Shown here: piece by piece, positions 29,255 to 39,286 of the stretch | How positions within the stretch are numbered: the stretch's first letter is position 1 | Layout: each line of letters starts with the position of its first letter | NCBI GenBank assembly: GCA_963668025.2 | Contig: CAXXTH010000017.1 | Span: 192,001 to 256,000, forward strand | DNA length: 64,000 nucleotides | From: Candidatus Hydrogenedentota bacterium | GTDB lineage: Bacteria > Hydrogenedentota > Hydrogenedentia > Hydrogenedentales > SLHB01 | Direction: 5' to 3' | Notes under the pieces: generated by a model | The model's input: the letters and a program-made list of their open reading frames with translations, nothing else | What the model was told of the DNA's origin: nothing | Databases searched by the model: none | Translations under genes and position numbers: made by a program

Positions 29255-29550
29255 CACCCCATAAATCAGACCGGATTACTCAAGTATACCAAGCCTGCCA
29301 TCCAGGCCGCCGCCACCCAAGCCCGCCGCGCCGCGCCACAGATCGAAGCGCCCATGCAAATTGTTGAAACTGCCGCAATGATCGTGTGCTGTACCAAAGG
29401 CCCAGACCCTTTAGAATGAGTTTGCCAAGCCGTTGTCAATTATGGTCTTTTGTGCTACATTGATCGAAAGACTAAGAGAGTTTGCATAATAGGTATCAAG
29501 ACTTCTCGGGTCCATTTGGACAGATGAGCGGATTGTTCAAGGGGGGAAGT

Positions 29551-30441
29551 ATGAGAAAGCCTATCATCTTGGCAACAACACTGGGGATACTGTCGTTTAT
29601 ATTACTATCCTGTATAGATACAACAAATTACAATTCACTTGATGAAACCTTACTGGCAGCGCAAAGAGGTAATACAAAGGCCCAGTTTATCATTGCGATG
29701 TATTACTATGACAACAAAGACTATGCGGAAGCAATAAAATGGCATCTCAAAGTAGCTGAAAAGGGGTTTCCTCATTCGCAATGCATTGTTGGGCAAATGT
29801 ACGAAATGGGCTTGGGCGCATCACAAGACTACGCAGAAGCAATGAAATGGTATCTCAAGGCAGCTGAGCAGGAAATTCCTAGAGAAAATGCGGAGGAAAT
29901 GAATTGGTATCGCAAAGCCGCTGCATTCGGAGTTCACAAGAACAATGTGCACGAGATGAAATCGTATCTAGAAGGAGCTGAAGCGGGAGTCTATAATGCT
30001 CAGTGTTGTATCGGCAGTATGTATGAACAAGGCAAGGGCGTTCCCCAAGACTACGCAGAAGCAATGAAATGGTATCTCAAGGCAGCTCAGAATGGACTGA
30101 GTAGTGCACAGGACAGCATCGGAAGTATATATGAGCAAGGTATAGGCGTTAATCAAGACTACTTAAGGGCCGCACAGTGGTATTTCTTAGCAGCTGAACA
30201 GGGGGATACTGAAGCACAGGTAAAACTTGGCGTGATCTACGAAATGGGTAATGGTGTTCCTCAAGACTATGTCAGAGCCCACATGCTTTATAACCTTGCC
30301 AGTGCATCGGGTAATCAAGATGCTCCGATACATATGAGTATCGTTTCAAGTTTTATGACTCCGCAGCAAATAGCCGAAGCCCAAGCTTTGGCTACTAAAT
30401 GGACGGTTGAATTCAAGAAACGATCTGGGAAAACCGAATAG
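29551..30441 (+). CDS. Sel1-repeat protein, putative lipoprotein (cargo)
   Basis: Signal peptide ending LLSC; repeated GVPQDYAEAMKWYLKAA units; lower GC. Confidence 0.92.
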   Translation: MRKPIILATTLGILSFILLSCIDTTNYNSLDETLLAAQRGNTKAQFIIAMYYYDNKDYAEAIKWHLKVAEKGFPHSQCIVGQMYEMGLGASQDYAEAMKWYLKAAEQEIPRENAEEMNWYRKAAAFGVHKNNVHEMKSYLEGAEAGVYNAQCCIGSMYEQGKGVPQDYAEAMKWYLKAAQNGLSSAQDSIGSIYEQGIGVNQDYLRAAQWYFLAAEQGDTEAQVKLGVIYEMGNGVPQDYVRAHMLYNLASASGNQDAPIHMSIVSSFMTPQQIAEAQALATKWTVEFKKRSGKTE

Positions 30442-30871
30442 TGCTAAGAACGCCATTGTGATAAGCCGCCAGGTATGCCCCCTGGAAACGCTCGACAGGA
30501 AACCGAACCGGAACCGAGCTAGGTTCTCTCCAAAGCACCCGAAATGCCGCCCAGCGGGATACAGGCGGGATACAGAGCAAGCCAAAAGAAAACGCCCCAT
30601 AGGCCATAGCACCATAAAAGCCTATACAATAATGCCTTACAAAGAATTGCCAAGCTGGCTTGAACTAACAACCCTCTGCCTACTAGGCAGGTAAAAGCCC
30701 GAACCGCGCCATTTCGACCGCCCCCGGCATGCATCCTAGAGGCCGCCCCACGGGAACCGCTCAAAGCCTCCTTTTTTTGTCTGCCGGATCCCCGGTGGAT
30801 CCCCAGCCCAAACACAAGAGAAAAGCCCCGAGGACCGTCTTTTATAAGTCCTTGGGGCTTAATGCTTTATA

Positions 30872-30948
30872 TGGTGCCGGTGCACGGATTCGAACCGCGG
30901 ACACGTGGATTATGATTCCACTGCTCTAACCGACTGAGCTACACCGGC
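30872..30948 (-). tRNA. tRNA-Met (CAT), probably elongator
   Basis: GCCGGTGTAGCTCAGTCGGTTAGAGCAGTGGAATCATAATCCACGTGTCCGCGGTTCGAATCCGTGCACCGGCACCA; cloverleaf with encoded CCA. Confidence 0.96.
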
Positions 30949-31022
30949 GTTATGGCCTTTTAGAGGCCAGAATTTAGCATATACGCATCCGAAAATCCAG
31001 TTTTTTACGGCGCGCGTTTGAT

Positions 31023-32396
31023 TCAGTTTCTCAAGCTCTGGAGGGGCGCGGGAATGCGGCCTCCAAAGGAGATGAATTGGCTTGATGCGCAGCGGTTGCG
31101 CACGTCAATCACGTAGCCTTCTCCAAATAGGCCGCCAAAGACGGCCAAGTCGCCCACGCCTTTTCCTGGCGCGGGGATGAGGCGCGCGGCGGTGGTCTTT
31201 TGATTGACGACGCCTATGGCCATTTCGTCGGCGATGATCGCGGCAAGGGTGGTGGCGTCGGTGTCGCCGGGTACGACGACCATGTCCAAACCCACGCTGC
31301 ATACGCTGGTCATGGCTTCGAGTTTCTCGAGAGTAAGGGAGCCATTCCGGACTGCTTCCGAAAGGGCTTGGTCTTCCGACACGGGGATAAATGCCCCGGA
31401 GAGGCCGCCGACGCTGGAAGAGGCGAAGAGACCGCCTTTTTTGACGGCGTCGTTGAGCATGGCGATGGCGGCGGTGCTGCCGGGGGCGCCGATGGCGCTA
31501 ATGCCCATGGCTTGCAGGATCTCGCCGACGCTGTCGCCAACGTGTGGCGTAGGCGCTAGGGATAGGTCTACGACGCCGAAGACGACGCCGAGACGTTCGG
31601 CGACTTCACGGCCCATGAGTTCGCCCACGCGGGTGACGCGGAAGCTGGTGCGCTTGATCTCCTCGGCGATGCGGCCAAGGTCTACGTGTTCGGGGCCCGC
31701 GATGAGGCGCTCGAGGGCGCGCTTGATGACGCCCGGCCCGCTGACGCCGATGTTGACCACGGTTCCGGGTTCGCCGGGGCCTAAGAATGCGCCCGCCATG
31801 AAGGGATTGTCTTCGGGGATATTTGCAAATATGCAGAGTTTCGCGGCTCCGAAGCCGTCTTTATCGCGGGTGCGTTCAGCGGTGGCTTTGACCTGTTCGC
31901 CCATGAGCCGCACGGCGTCCATGTTAATGCCGGCCTTGGTGGTGGCGACGTTGACGGAGGCGCACACGCGGGTAGTGGAGGAGAGCACGTCGGGAATGGA
32001 TTCCACGAGGAGCTTGTCGCCGTCGCTGAATCCTTTTTGCACGAGGGCGGTGTAGCCGCCGATCACGTCCACGCCCACTTCCGCCGCTGCTTCATCAAGC
32101 GTGCGCGCGAGTGGAAGGCATACGCTGGATGTATGCCCCTCGAGCAGGTCACTGATTTTTGAGACCGCCATGCGCTTGTTTACGATGGGAATGCCGTATT
32201 TGCCGGAGACGGCATCACAGGCGCTGACGAGATTGCCCGCGGCCGCATGGATGCGGGAGCGTATCTTGCGCAGCATTTTCCCCGAATCGCTATCGGCGCA
32301 GCCTAGCAAGTTAATGCCCAGCGTGACGGCGCGCACATCCAGATGCTCGGTCTGTATCATGTCGATGGTATTTAAAATATCTTCCGTGGGAATCAT
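31023..32396 (-). CDS. UPF0210/DUF711 (PFL-family) protein
   Basis: LDVRAVTLGI, PEDNPFMAGA, GVSGPGV, LEAMTSVCSVGLDM and GGRIPAP motifs. Confidence 0.95.
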   Translation of the reverse strand: MIPTEDILNTIDMIQTEHLDVRAVTLGINLLGCADSDSGKMLRKIRSRIHAAAGNLVSACDAVSGKYGIPIVNKRMAVSKISDLLEGHTSSVCLPLARTLDEAAAEVGVDVIGGYTALVQKGFSDGDKLLVESIPDVLSSTTRVCASVNVATTKAGINMDAVRLMGEQVKATAERTRDKDGFGAAKLCIFANIPEDNPFMAGAFLGPGEPGTVVNIGVSGPGVIKRALERLIAGPEHVDLGRIAEEIKRTSFRVTRVGELMGREVAERLGVVFGVVDLSLAPTPHVGDSVGEILQAMGISAIGAPGSTAAIAMLNDAVKKGGLFASSSVGGLSGAFIPVSEDQALSEAVRNGSLTLEKLEAMTSVCSVGLDMVVVPGDTDATTLAAIIADEMAIGVVNQKTTAARLIPAPGKGVGDLAVFGGLFGEGYVIDVRNRCASSQFISFGGRIPAPLQSLRN

Positions 32397-32416
32397 CACA
32401 ACACTCCTTGCAGCGC

Positions 32417-32989
32417 TTAGGATTGAAGGCAAGCCCGTGGGGCATGGACGGATAAGGAATTGGTGGCGATAAAGACATCTTGGTGCTGCATGGTCAGTGT
32501 CATGCCAAGCGCTTCTGCTACTTGTTCGAGTTCATACCGCACATCTCCGGCGTCGGCGTGGGGCGGCAGCGTGATGCGGAATATGACGATGAACAGCCCA
32601 TCGCGCACTTCGTTCCACACATCATCCAGATTAATGCCTTTTGTGGCGAAACAGCGCGTGAGGGCGCGCACGATGCCAGGCTTGTCCTCACCGGAAACCG
32701 TCGCGACATAGGGTTCGCCCGCAGATGGCGGCAGTAAGGCCCCACCATTAAAAGGCAGCACGGTCGCTTGAAAATCCCCGGCTTCTTCCACGGTTTTTTT
32801 GATGTCCGCAGCCGCTACTTTCTCGGGAAAGGCGGCGCAGATGATCATGGTGAACCATCCCCAGACGACGGTTTGGCTGAGGGCCTCGAGATTCGCGCCA
32901 AGCCCATATAGGGCCTCGCTCACATCGGCGATGATGCCCACCCGGTCACGGGCAAGCACATTAATGGTGAATCGGTTGGGCAATTTCAC
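32417..32989 (-). CDS. Tandem ACT-domain protein (GcvR-like)
   Basis: ARDRVGIIA and GEDKPGIV; AAGGAGG SD with GTG start; usual partner of DUF711. Confidence 0.9.
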   Translation of the reverse strand: MKLPNRFTINVLARDRVGIIADVSEALYGLGANLEALSQTVVWGWFTMIICAAFPEKVAAADIKKTVEEAGDFQATVLPFNGGALLPPSAGEPYVATVSGEDKPGIVRALTRCFATKGINLDDVWNEVRDGLFIVIFRITLPPHADAGDVRYELEQVAEALGMTLTMQHQDVFIATNSLSVHAPRACLQS

Positions 32990-33400
32990 GGCATCGGCCT
33001 CCTTTTGCGGGCAGTGTATCATAGACGGGGCAGTCCACACATCGGATTCACCGCCTCGCGTTTCCATGCATGCGGGCCATATGCTTATACGAAAAGCATG
33101 CATATTTCGTTACACTTTAGCCCAATGGTGAAGAACGACCGGCGGACGATCATCTCAACCAAGAAGTTGAGCCTGCGCATTCCATGTTACACGATTATGA
33201 GGACTGCTTTTTTGAGCAAATGCGCCTGTTTATCAGAAAATAATAGGTCTTACCCGGCGATTAGGGATTTTCTTGTTTAACGATGCATCGGGCTAATGCT
33301 GTAGCTCCGAAATCAACGGGCGATGACGTGTGTTACAATGGAGAATAAAGTACGCACGAGCGCACCGCTTCGGCGGTGATATCGAGAGGAGGGCGGCGGC

Positions 33401-33847
33401 ATGGGCCCCATGAGGACCATCGATATTCTGCGGAAGGCGGAGCAATTTCACCAGCAGCTTAGCGCCTACTATGCTAGCCTTGGCCGTGCGGCCCATCGTG
33501 AGGAAGTCAAGCAGCTTCTTGATTATATGAGCCGGCACGAACTGTATCTTGGCCATTGCATACAGGAATATGAGCGTGGCGGGTCGAAATCGGTCATGGA
33601 AGCCTGGTTCAAAATCTCACCGCAGTTTCCCATGGATAAATGGCTCAGCACGGTTGCTTTTACTCCTGAAATGACTACGGAGGAGGTGGCCGGCATTGCC
33701 ATGCAGCTTGATGCGTACTTGCTCCAGATATATGAAATGCTCATCAACAGGGCTACTTCGCAAGAATTGCGCGCTTCGCTGGCCAATTTATTGGAGATGG
33801 AGAAACGGGAAGAGATCAAAATCATGCGGAGCGCATTGACCAACTAA
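33401..33847 (+). CDS. Ferritin/rubrerythrin-like four-helix protein
   Basis: Helical pattern with FHQQL..YY, MSRHE..L and LLEMEKREE; strong SD. Confidence 0.7.
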   Translation: MGPMRTIDILRKAEQFHQQLSAYYASLGRAAHREEVKQLLDYMSRHELYLGHCIQEYERGGSKSVMEAWFKISPQFPMDKWLSTVAFTPEMTTEEVAGIAMQLDAYLLQIYEMLINRATSQELRASLANLLEMEKREEIKIMRSALTN

Positions 33848-34115
33848 AGTTTCCGTAACACTTTAGCCATCTGGAGCAAAAGCAGTGGGCCGATTTTTGA
33901 ACCGCGAATGGACGCGATAAAGTAAATCGTGTTCTCTCTAAGTCCTTTCTCCCCAATATCTTACGCAACATCTCCCATTTACCTAAAATATTTTTGGGCA
34001 ATTCGTAGACAACTCCATTTTACATGATATTGCGCGATATCTCCATTTCCTCCTTCCAGCGTTTCCAGACAAATGAATATGCACGCATCTTACCGGAAAA
34101 AAAGGAGTCCAAGAA

Positions 34116-34514
34116 ATGAGCTATGATATCACAGCTAACATAAAGAAAAACGGCCAAACCACTTACACTGCAAGAGTGCGAAAGAATGGTGTTGCCAAAA
34201 CGGCAACTTTCAAACGGAAATCAGATTGTAATGAATGGGCGATTATGACAGAACAAAAAATACTGGAATCGATTCATCTTCCACACCGGATGATTGAAGA
34301 AGAAAAGCCAATTGAAAACCATACGCTCATTGAAGCTATCGAACGCTATAAAAAGACGGTCCTTATTCACAAAGCAAAAGCAACACAAATCGCAGCAACA
34401 CAAATCGGGGAAACTTGCCACTTGAACCATTGGATAAACTCCCTTGGAAAAGATCTCGATATTTCAAAAATCACCCCGGCACATTTGAACCAAAAACGCG
34501 ATCAAATTCTGTAA
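34116..34514 (+). pseudogene. Truncated tyrosine integrase (N-terminal part only)
   Basis: YTARVRKNG..KTATFKRKSD..EWA and TLIEAIERY resemble integrase N-termini; the stop codon is supplied by the MITE end at 34511. Confidence 0.75.
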
Positions 34515-34698
34515 CACTTTAGCCGGCTGAAGTAGCATCTGATATTTGGCAGCCTTGTTTATTGCCTTGCGCCGGTACTGATACATTATTTTGCATCTGA
34601 AGACCGACGAGGGCGTCGGTCCCACACTTTTTAATGTAATCAAATTGTGGGACCGGAGCCCTCGCCGGTCATTCTTCACCACTTGGCTAAAGTATTAC
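34511..34698. mobile_element. 188-bp MITE with an internal REP-like doublet
   Basis: TIRs GTAACACTTTAGCC / GGCTAAAGTATTAC; related ends at 18107, 33109, 33855 and 49454. Confidence 0.8.
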
Positions 34699-34743
34699 AA
34701 AAATAGAATCCGTCAGATAGCATAAGGCCGCAAAGACAACGTT

Positions 34744-35832
34744 TCACCTCAAGTTCGTTGGCAGGGGAAGCGGGAACGCGGCTTCGTCCTTGTGCTTGCG
34801 AAAATCAGCAGGAGTGACGCCCGTGGCGCGCTTGAAGCTATGGATGAAATGGGCCGTATCGGAAAAACCTAGATTATGCGCGATCTCCGTAACGCTCTGC
34901 CCTTCTTCCGCCAGCAAGCGCTTGGCGTGTTGGATGCGCCGCCGCTGGTAATAGTCCGTCATGCTTGCCCCTGTCGCGGCCTTGAATGCCTTCGAGATAG
35001 TTTTATAGCACATTCCAGACTCATGCACTAGCAAGTCCATTTTAAGCGCGTTCCCGCTCTCGATGGCTTGTTCAATGATAGACGCGATTTTCCACACTTC
35101 CTTCGGCAGAAATGAGTCCGCCCTTCCATGCCCGTGTATGAAGTTCTGGTTGGCCACAACAATCATCTTGAGAAAGCAAGCAAATAGATAGGTGAGAGAT
35201 GGCTCCCTGTTCAAGGATTCTTTAACCATCGAATCGAATTCATGTTCACATTGTTGGGTTTCAGGCTCATTTAAATGTAAAGTCCATATTCCTTTATCCG
35301 CAGGCAATCCAAAAAGCGAAGAAGACAATAACTGGGTAATCAAACCCTTTTCATTCCATAATGCTTTGAGTGCATACGTGAACCATTGCGGCTGCACAAG
35401 CGCCTCGGTAAGGTAGAGCCCGTAGACGGGACGATAAGCATGCGCCATGCCCGGCGCAAGAATCAGCATGTCTCCGCGCCTTAACGGCGTCTCGCCGTAA
35501 AGCGTGACATGAAGGTTGTCGCTCGATTTGTGAATCAGCACAAATTCGTAGAACTCGTGCGAGTGAAGCGGAACTTCTCTCGCTCTCCCTGTTGAATTCA
35601 GAAACCAGACTAACACCCGCCATCCATCATCAAGCACCGGATCATCACCGGCGGCGATGGTCTGGCCTGTAGTGTCCCAATGCATGGATTTCACTCGAAA
35701 CGGCCGGCTTGTTCGAAGCTGAACATCAGCATTCGACGTGCAAACGATATCCTGAGAGTAATGGGCTTTTTCTTCCAACGATTCTTCCCTCTCAATACAA
35801 TACGCTTTAATCCTTTTTATCATAATATACAT
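34744..35832 (-). CDS. AraC-family regulator (cupin plus HTH)
   Basis: LHSHEFYE; RIQHAKRLL...VTEIAHNLGFSDTAHF..SFKRATGVTP. Start is uncertain. Confidence 0.93.
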   Translation of the reverse strand: MYIMIKRIKAYCIEREESLEEKAHYSQDIVCTSNADVQLRTSRPFRVKSMHWDTTGQTIAAGDDPVLDDGWRVLVWFLNSTGRAREVPLHSHEFYEFVLIHKSSDNLHVTLYGETPLRRGDMLILAPGMAHAYRPVYGLYLTEALVQPQWFTYALKALWNEKGLITQLLSSSLFGLPADKGIWTLHLNEPETQQCEHEFDSMVKESLNREPSLTYLFACFLKMIVVANQNFIHGHGRADSFLPKEVWKIASIIEQAIESGNALKMDLLVHESGMCYKTISKAFKAATGASMTDYYQRRRIQHAKRLLAEEGQSVTEIAHNLGFSDTAHFIHSFKRATGVTPADFRKHKDEAAFPLPLPTNLR

Positions 35833-35952
35833 TTACACACACGGCCCCGCAAGGGATTTTGCGGCAAAATCAACCCCATTAACAAGGCTCAGGAGGATCG
35901 CGGCCCGCGTAACAAACGTCTACTATTACAGCCAACTTTGGAGGATGAACTA

Positions 35953-38079
35953 ATGAACAATGCACAAAATGTTAAATGGCGCTCTGGATGGGCAATGGCA
36001 GTAGTGGCGGCAGCCATAACGTGGTGTGGTCTGGGGCATACGCTGACGCTTAGTGAATATGCGGTTTCAAGCCAGTATACCGGCTGGGAAGGTTCGAAGG
36101 TCAAAGATGGGCTGACTGGCTGGGGCAATTGCTGGTCAAGCGGCCTGCACGGAGGGGAAAACTACACGGAGTGGGTAGTCGTTAAAGTGGCGAACACTGC
36201 CTCGGGTGAAAATCATGCCGTCTCCAGTATTACGCTCACGCCGCGGCCCGATGGCCACTGCTTCCCGAAAGATTTTCGGATTGATTACACGACCGATCTG
36301 GGAAACACTTGGTACACGATTCCATCCATGCAATTCACCAATTACACCACTCCCACCAGCGACACGCCGATCACGTTCTCGTTTGACACCATAAGCGCGT
36401 ACTTCATCCGCATCTACGCCACGAAAATAACGACGGACGGCGTCGGCAATTGGGCGTTCCAACTGGGGGAAATCGCGGTGAATGGCCAGGACAAAATGTG
36501 GCCGTTCCACACCTCCCTTTCGGATAGCCCGAATTCAACGTATGACTACTCGCATTATATGGACGCCGACGTAAACAACATGTTCAGTGTTTATGGCATT
36601 GCCTACAATGAAACGGGGAGCACATTCGATGCATGGACCCCAAACACATGCGGCGTCTTCTACTGGGGCGAAGCCGTGGCGTCGGCCAACCATGTCCTTG
36701 CGGACAAAGCGGCTTGGCTGGATCATTGGTGGACATCGGGCATTGTACAAGACCATGTCCGCGATATGATCAATTTCCGCGACACCGATGGTTATGTCTG
36801 GATGTCTGAGAGCCAGGCGGACTATATGGGCGAAGGGTATCACTTCGACCAAAACGACAAAGCCTTAATGGGCGTCTCGGCGTTAAATTGTTGGGACGGA
36901 AATCTGACGTGGCTCAATACCAATATCGGAACGCTGCGCACGATCATGAACTACCAGCTCAACCAGTTGCAGGGCGCAAATGGGCTGCTCATCATTAATG
37001 ATCCCTACCGTCCATCCGCCAGCGAACCGGATAACAACGGGCGGTTTTTCAACCCCAGTAATCAGATCTTGGGCGGCGAGGCAAGCAATTACTGGGACGG
37101 CTGGCCTTTTGGCTACTTGAGTGCGCTCGATAATGTGTATTTCTACGCCTCGTTGCTGGCCATGGAAAAGCTGGAGCTCCAGCTCGGTAACACCGCGAAC
37201 GCTGCTTACTATGCCAATCTTGCCGCTACCGTGAAAACCAACTTCAATAACACCTTTTGGGATACCACGAAATTGCGGTACATCGGCTGCATTGACATTG
37301 ATGGCGTATCACATGACTATGGCTTTACATTCTTGAATCTCGAAGCCTTGTATTACGGCCTAGGCGACCAAACGAAAGCGGATTATATCTTTAGCTGGCT
37401 GGATGGCTCCCGCACGATCTCGGGCGACACTTCGACTGGCTCGGATATCTATACCCATGTGTGGGCGCCGCGCAGCAACACCAAATCCGCCGAATCCGTC
37501 TCGTTAGGCGGCAATTATTGGTGGTATTCCAACGACAACGCCTATAACACCTGCGCCGGTACAAACGCTCCATGCACATGGGGAAATTACCATGAGAACG
37601 GCGGGGCCATTTTCTATGTGTCGTTCTATGACATCATGTCCCGCATCAAGTACAAAGGCGCGGACAACGCATACAGCCGCCTCCGGGCGATTACCGATCA
37701 GTTCCACACCGACCAGCTCCGGCGCGACCCGGACAACAACGTAGGCTTGAACTGGAAATATGGCATTTCCGGCGAATATCCCGAATCCGGACTGGTGCCC
37801 TGCGTCTATCTGTACGGCTTCATCGGCGTATCAGTGGATGCAACCCAAATGACCGTGAAACCGGCCTTGCCCACGGGCTACACCTATATGATGGCGCAAA
37901 GCATCAAGTATCGAGGCACGGTCTTGGAGATCACGTCCTATAGCAACCAGGTGCGCATTCGCTGCACGAGCAACACCGTCGGACGCACCTTTGACTTCGA
38001 AGGCGAATCCGTCAGCGGTGCGTTTGACAAAACCAAATCGCTTTCAGGCGGCGATGTCAATCTGATTCCGACCAACTGA
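35953..38079 (+). CDS. Secreted glycoside hydrolase-like protein: discoidin/F5-8 (CBM32-like) domain plus (alpha/alpha)6-barrel catalytic domain
   Basis: Signal peptide; ITLTPR..CFPKDFRIDY; ASNYWD, AxDNVYFYASL and FNNTFWD motifs; GGAGG SD. Confidence 0.82.
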   Translation: MNNAQNVKWRSGWAMAVVAAAITWCGLGHTLTLSEYAVSSQYTGWEGSKVKDGLTGWGNCWSSGLHGGENYTEWVVVKVANTASGENHAVSSITLTPRPDGHCFPKDFRIDYTTDLGNTWYTIPSMQFTNYTTPTSDTPITFSFDTISAYFIRIYATKITTDGVGNWAFQLGEIAVNGQDKMWPFHTSLSDSPNSTYDYSHYMDADVNNMFSVYGIAYNETGSTFDAWTPNTCGVFYWGEAVASANHVLADKAAWLDHWWTSGIVQDHVRDMINFRDTDGYVWMSESQADYMGEGYHFDQNDKALMGVSALNCWDGNLTWLNTNIGTLRTIMNYQLNQLQGANGLLIINDPYRPSASEPDNNGRFFNPSNQILGGEASNYWDGWPFGYLSALDNVYFYASLLAMEKLELQLGNTANAAYYANLAATVKTNFNNTFWDTTKLRYIGCIDIDGVSHDYGFTFLNLEALYYGLGDQTKADYIFSWLDGSRTISGDTSTGSDIYTHVWAPRSNTKSAESVSLGGNYWWYSNDNAYNTCAGTNAPCTWGNYHENGGAIFYVSFYDIMSRIKYKGADNAYSRLRAITDQFHTDQLRRDPDNNVGLNWKYGISGEYPESGLVPCVYLYGFIGVSVDATQMTVKPALPTGYTYMMAQSIKYRGTVLEITSYSNQVRIRCTSNTVGRTFDFEGESVSGAFDKTKSLSGGDVNLIPTN

Positions 38080-38166
38080 GAGACATTCCTATGCGTAATG
38101 CCCTGGCCCAATCCTGCTTGGGCCAGGGCAGGCATTATGGGCAAGCACGGAGCCATCGCTCTCAAC

Positions 38167-39258
38167 TCAATCCACCAGCGCCAGGCCAATCTCGTTATTC
38201 AGCTCGAAGCCTTTCCTTGTGGGCTTCATATAATCCCCATCCTCGATTAGCAGGCCGCGTTGGCATAAGACATCCAGCTTCGCGCCAAACTCCTGTTCCG
38301 GCAGTGCGCCAAAGCGTTTGGAAAAATCGGCCTTGGATATCCCCGCCGCCAGGCGAAAATGCTGGATGAGCGTCTCGACTTGAATCTCCTTCGGTGTAAG
38401 CGCCAGGGATTCTGCTTTAGCGCCAGGCTGCGCAAGATAGGCCTCAATATCCGGCGCGTTGCGCATACGCGCGCCGCCGATGAATGCATACGCCCCCGGG
38501 CCAAATCCCGCATATTCGCCGTTATGCCAATAAATGAGGTTATGCGCGCAGGCATAGCCAGGCTGCGTGAAATTAGATATTTCATAATGTGCGTACCCAT
38601 CCAGCAAGGCGTCCGCTAGGCGGTACATATCGAGCGAAACATCGTCATCCGCCGCCTCATGTTTCCGCATCGCGAAGCGAGTGCCCTCCTCATACGTAAG
38701 TGAATACGCCGACACATGGCGCGGGGCGCGCGCGGCGGCTTCGGCCAGTGTGTGCTCCCACGCCTCGATGGGAGGCGCGCCGTAGATCATATCCATGCTC
38801 CAATTATCGAAACGCGACGCAATAATGTCGCAAGCGCGCCGTGCGCCATCCGCATCATGCCGCCTGCCCAGGTAACGCAGCACGCCATCATCAAAACTCT
38901 GGACGCCCAGGCTTACGCGGTTGATCCCAAGAGCGCGCCACGCGTCCGCCAATGCGGGCGTGACATCATCGGGATTCGCTTCAAGCGTGGTCTCGGGATG
39001 CGCCGTAGCGAAACGGAAACGCCGATGCAGCGCCGCCAAAATCTGTTCCAAGGCGCTTGGCCGCAGCAGCGAGGGCGTGCCGCCGCCGAAGAAGATCGTT
39101 TGGGCGGCACCCGGCCCTTCGCATCCGGAGATTTCACGGCATAAGACATCTACGAACGTTTGCGGGACATCGCCGTCAATGGGACAGCTTACAAAGTCGC
39201 AATACGGGCATCGCGTGCGGCAATAGGGAATGTGGATATATAAGCCTAACGATTCCAT
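38167..39258 (-). CDS. hemW: Radical SAM heme chaperone HemW
   Basis: LYIHIPYCRTRCPYCDF, GGGTPS, YEISNF and HNLIYW motifs; lepA neighbourhood. Confidence 0.92.
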   Translation of the reverse strand: MESLGLYIHIPYCRTRCPYCDFVSCPIDGDVPQTFVDVLCREISGCEGPGAAQTIFFGGGTPSLLRPSALEQILAALHRRFRFATAHPETTLEANPDDVTPALADAWRALGINRVSLGVQSFDDGVLRYLGRRHDADGARRACDIIASRFDNWSMDMIYGAPPIEAWEHTLAEAAARAPRHVSAYSLTYEEGTRFAMRKHEAADDDVSLDMYRLADALLDGYAHYEISNFTQPGYACAHNLIYWHNGEYAGFGPGAYAFIGGARMRNAPDIEAYLAQPGAKAESLALTPKEIQVETLIQHFRLAAGISKADFSKRFGALPEQEFGAKLDVLCQRGLLIEDGDYMKPTRKGFELNNEIGLALVD

Positions 39259-39286
39259 GATGATCTCGCATCGAGATACGGATTTT

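Larger units (their letters stand above)
24892..30920. mobile_element. About 6-kb integrative element (phage-satellite-like) at tRNA-Met
   Basis: Flanked by 54-bp att repeats; carries integrase, HTH genes, rep-like gene, RuvC-like gene and Sel1 cargo; no capsid or conjugation genes. Confidence 0.92.

Noticed and set aside
33855-34698. Integron attC cassettes (TAAC motifs near an integrase fragment)
   Set aside because: The right end reads GTATTAC rather than GTTRRRY, no attC-type fold is evident, and the fragment does not resemble IntI.
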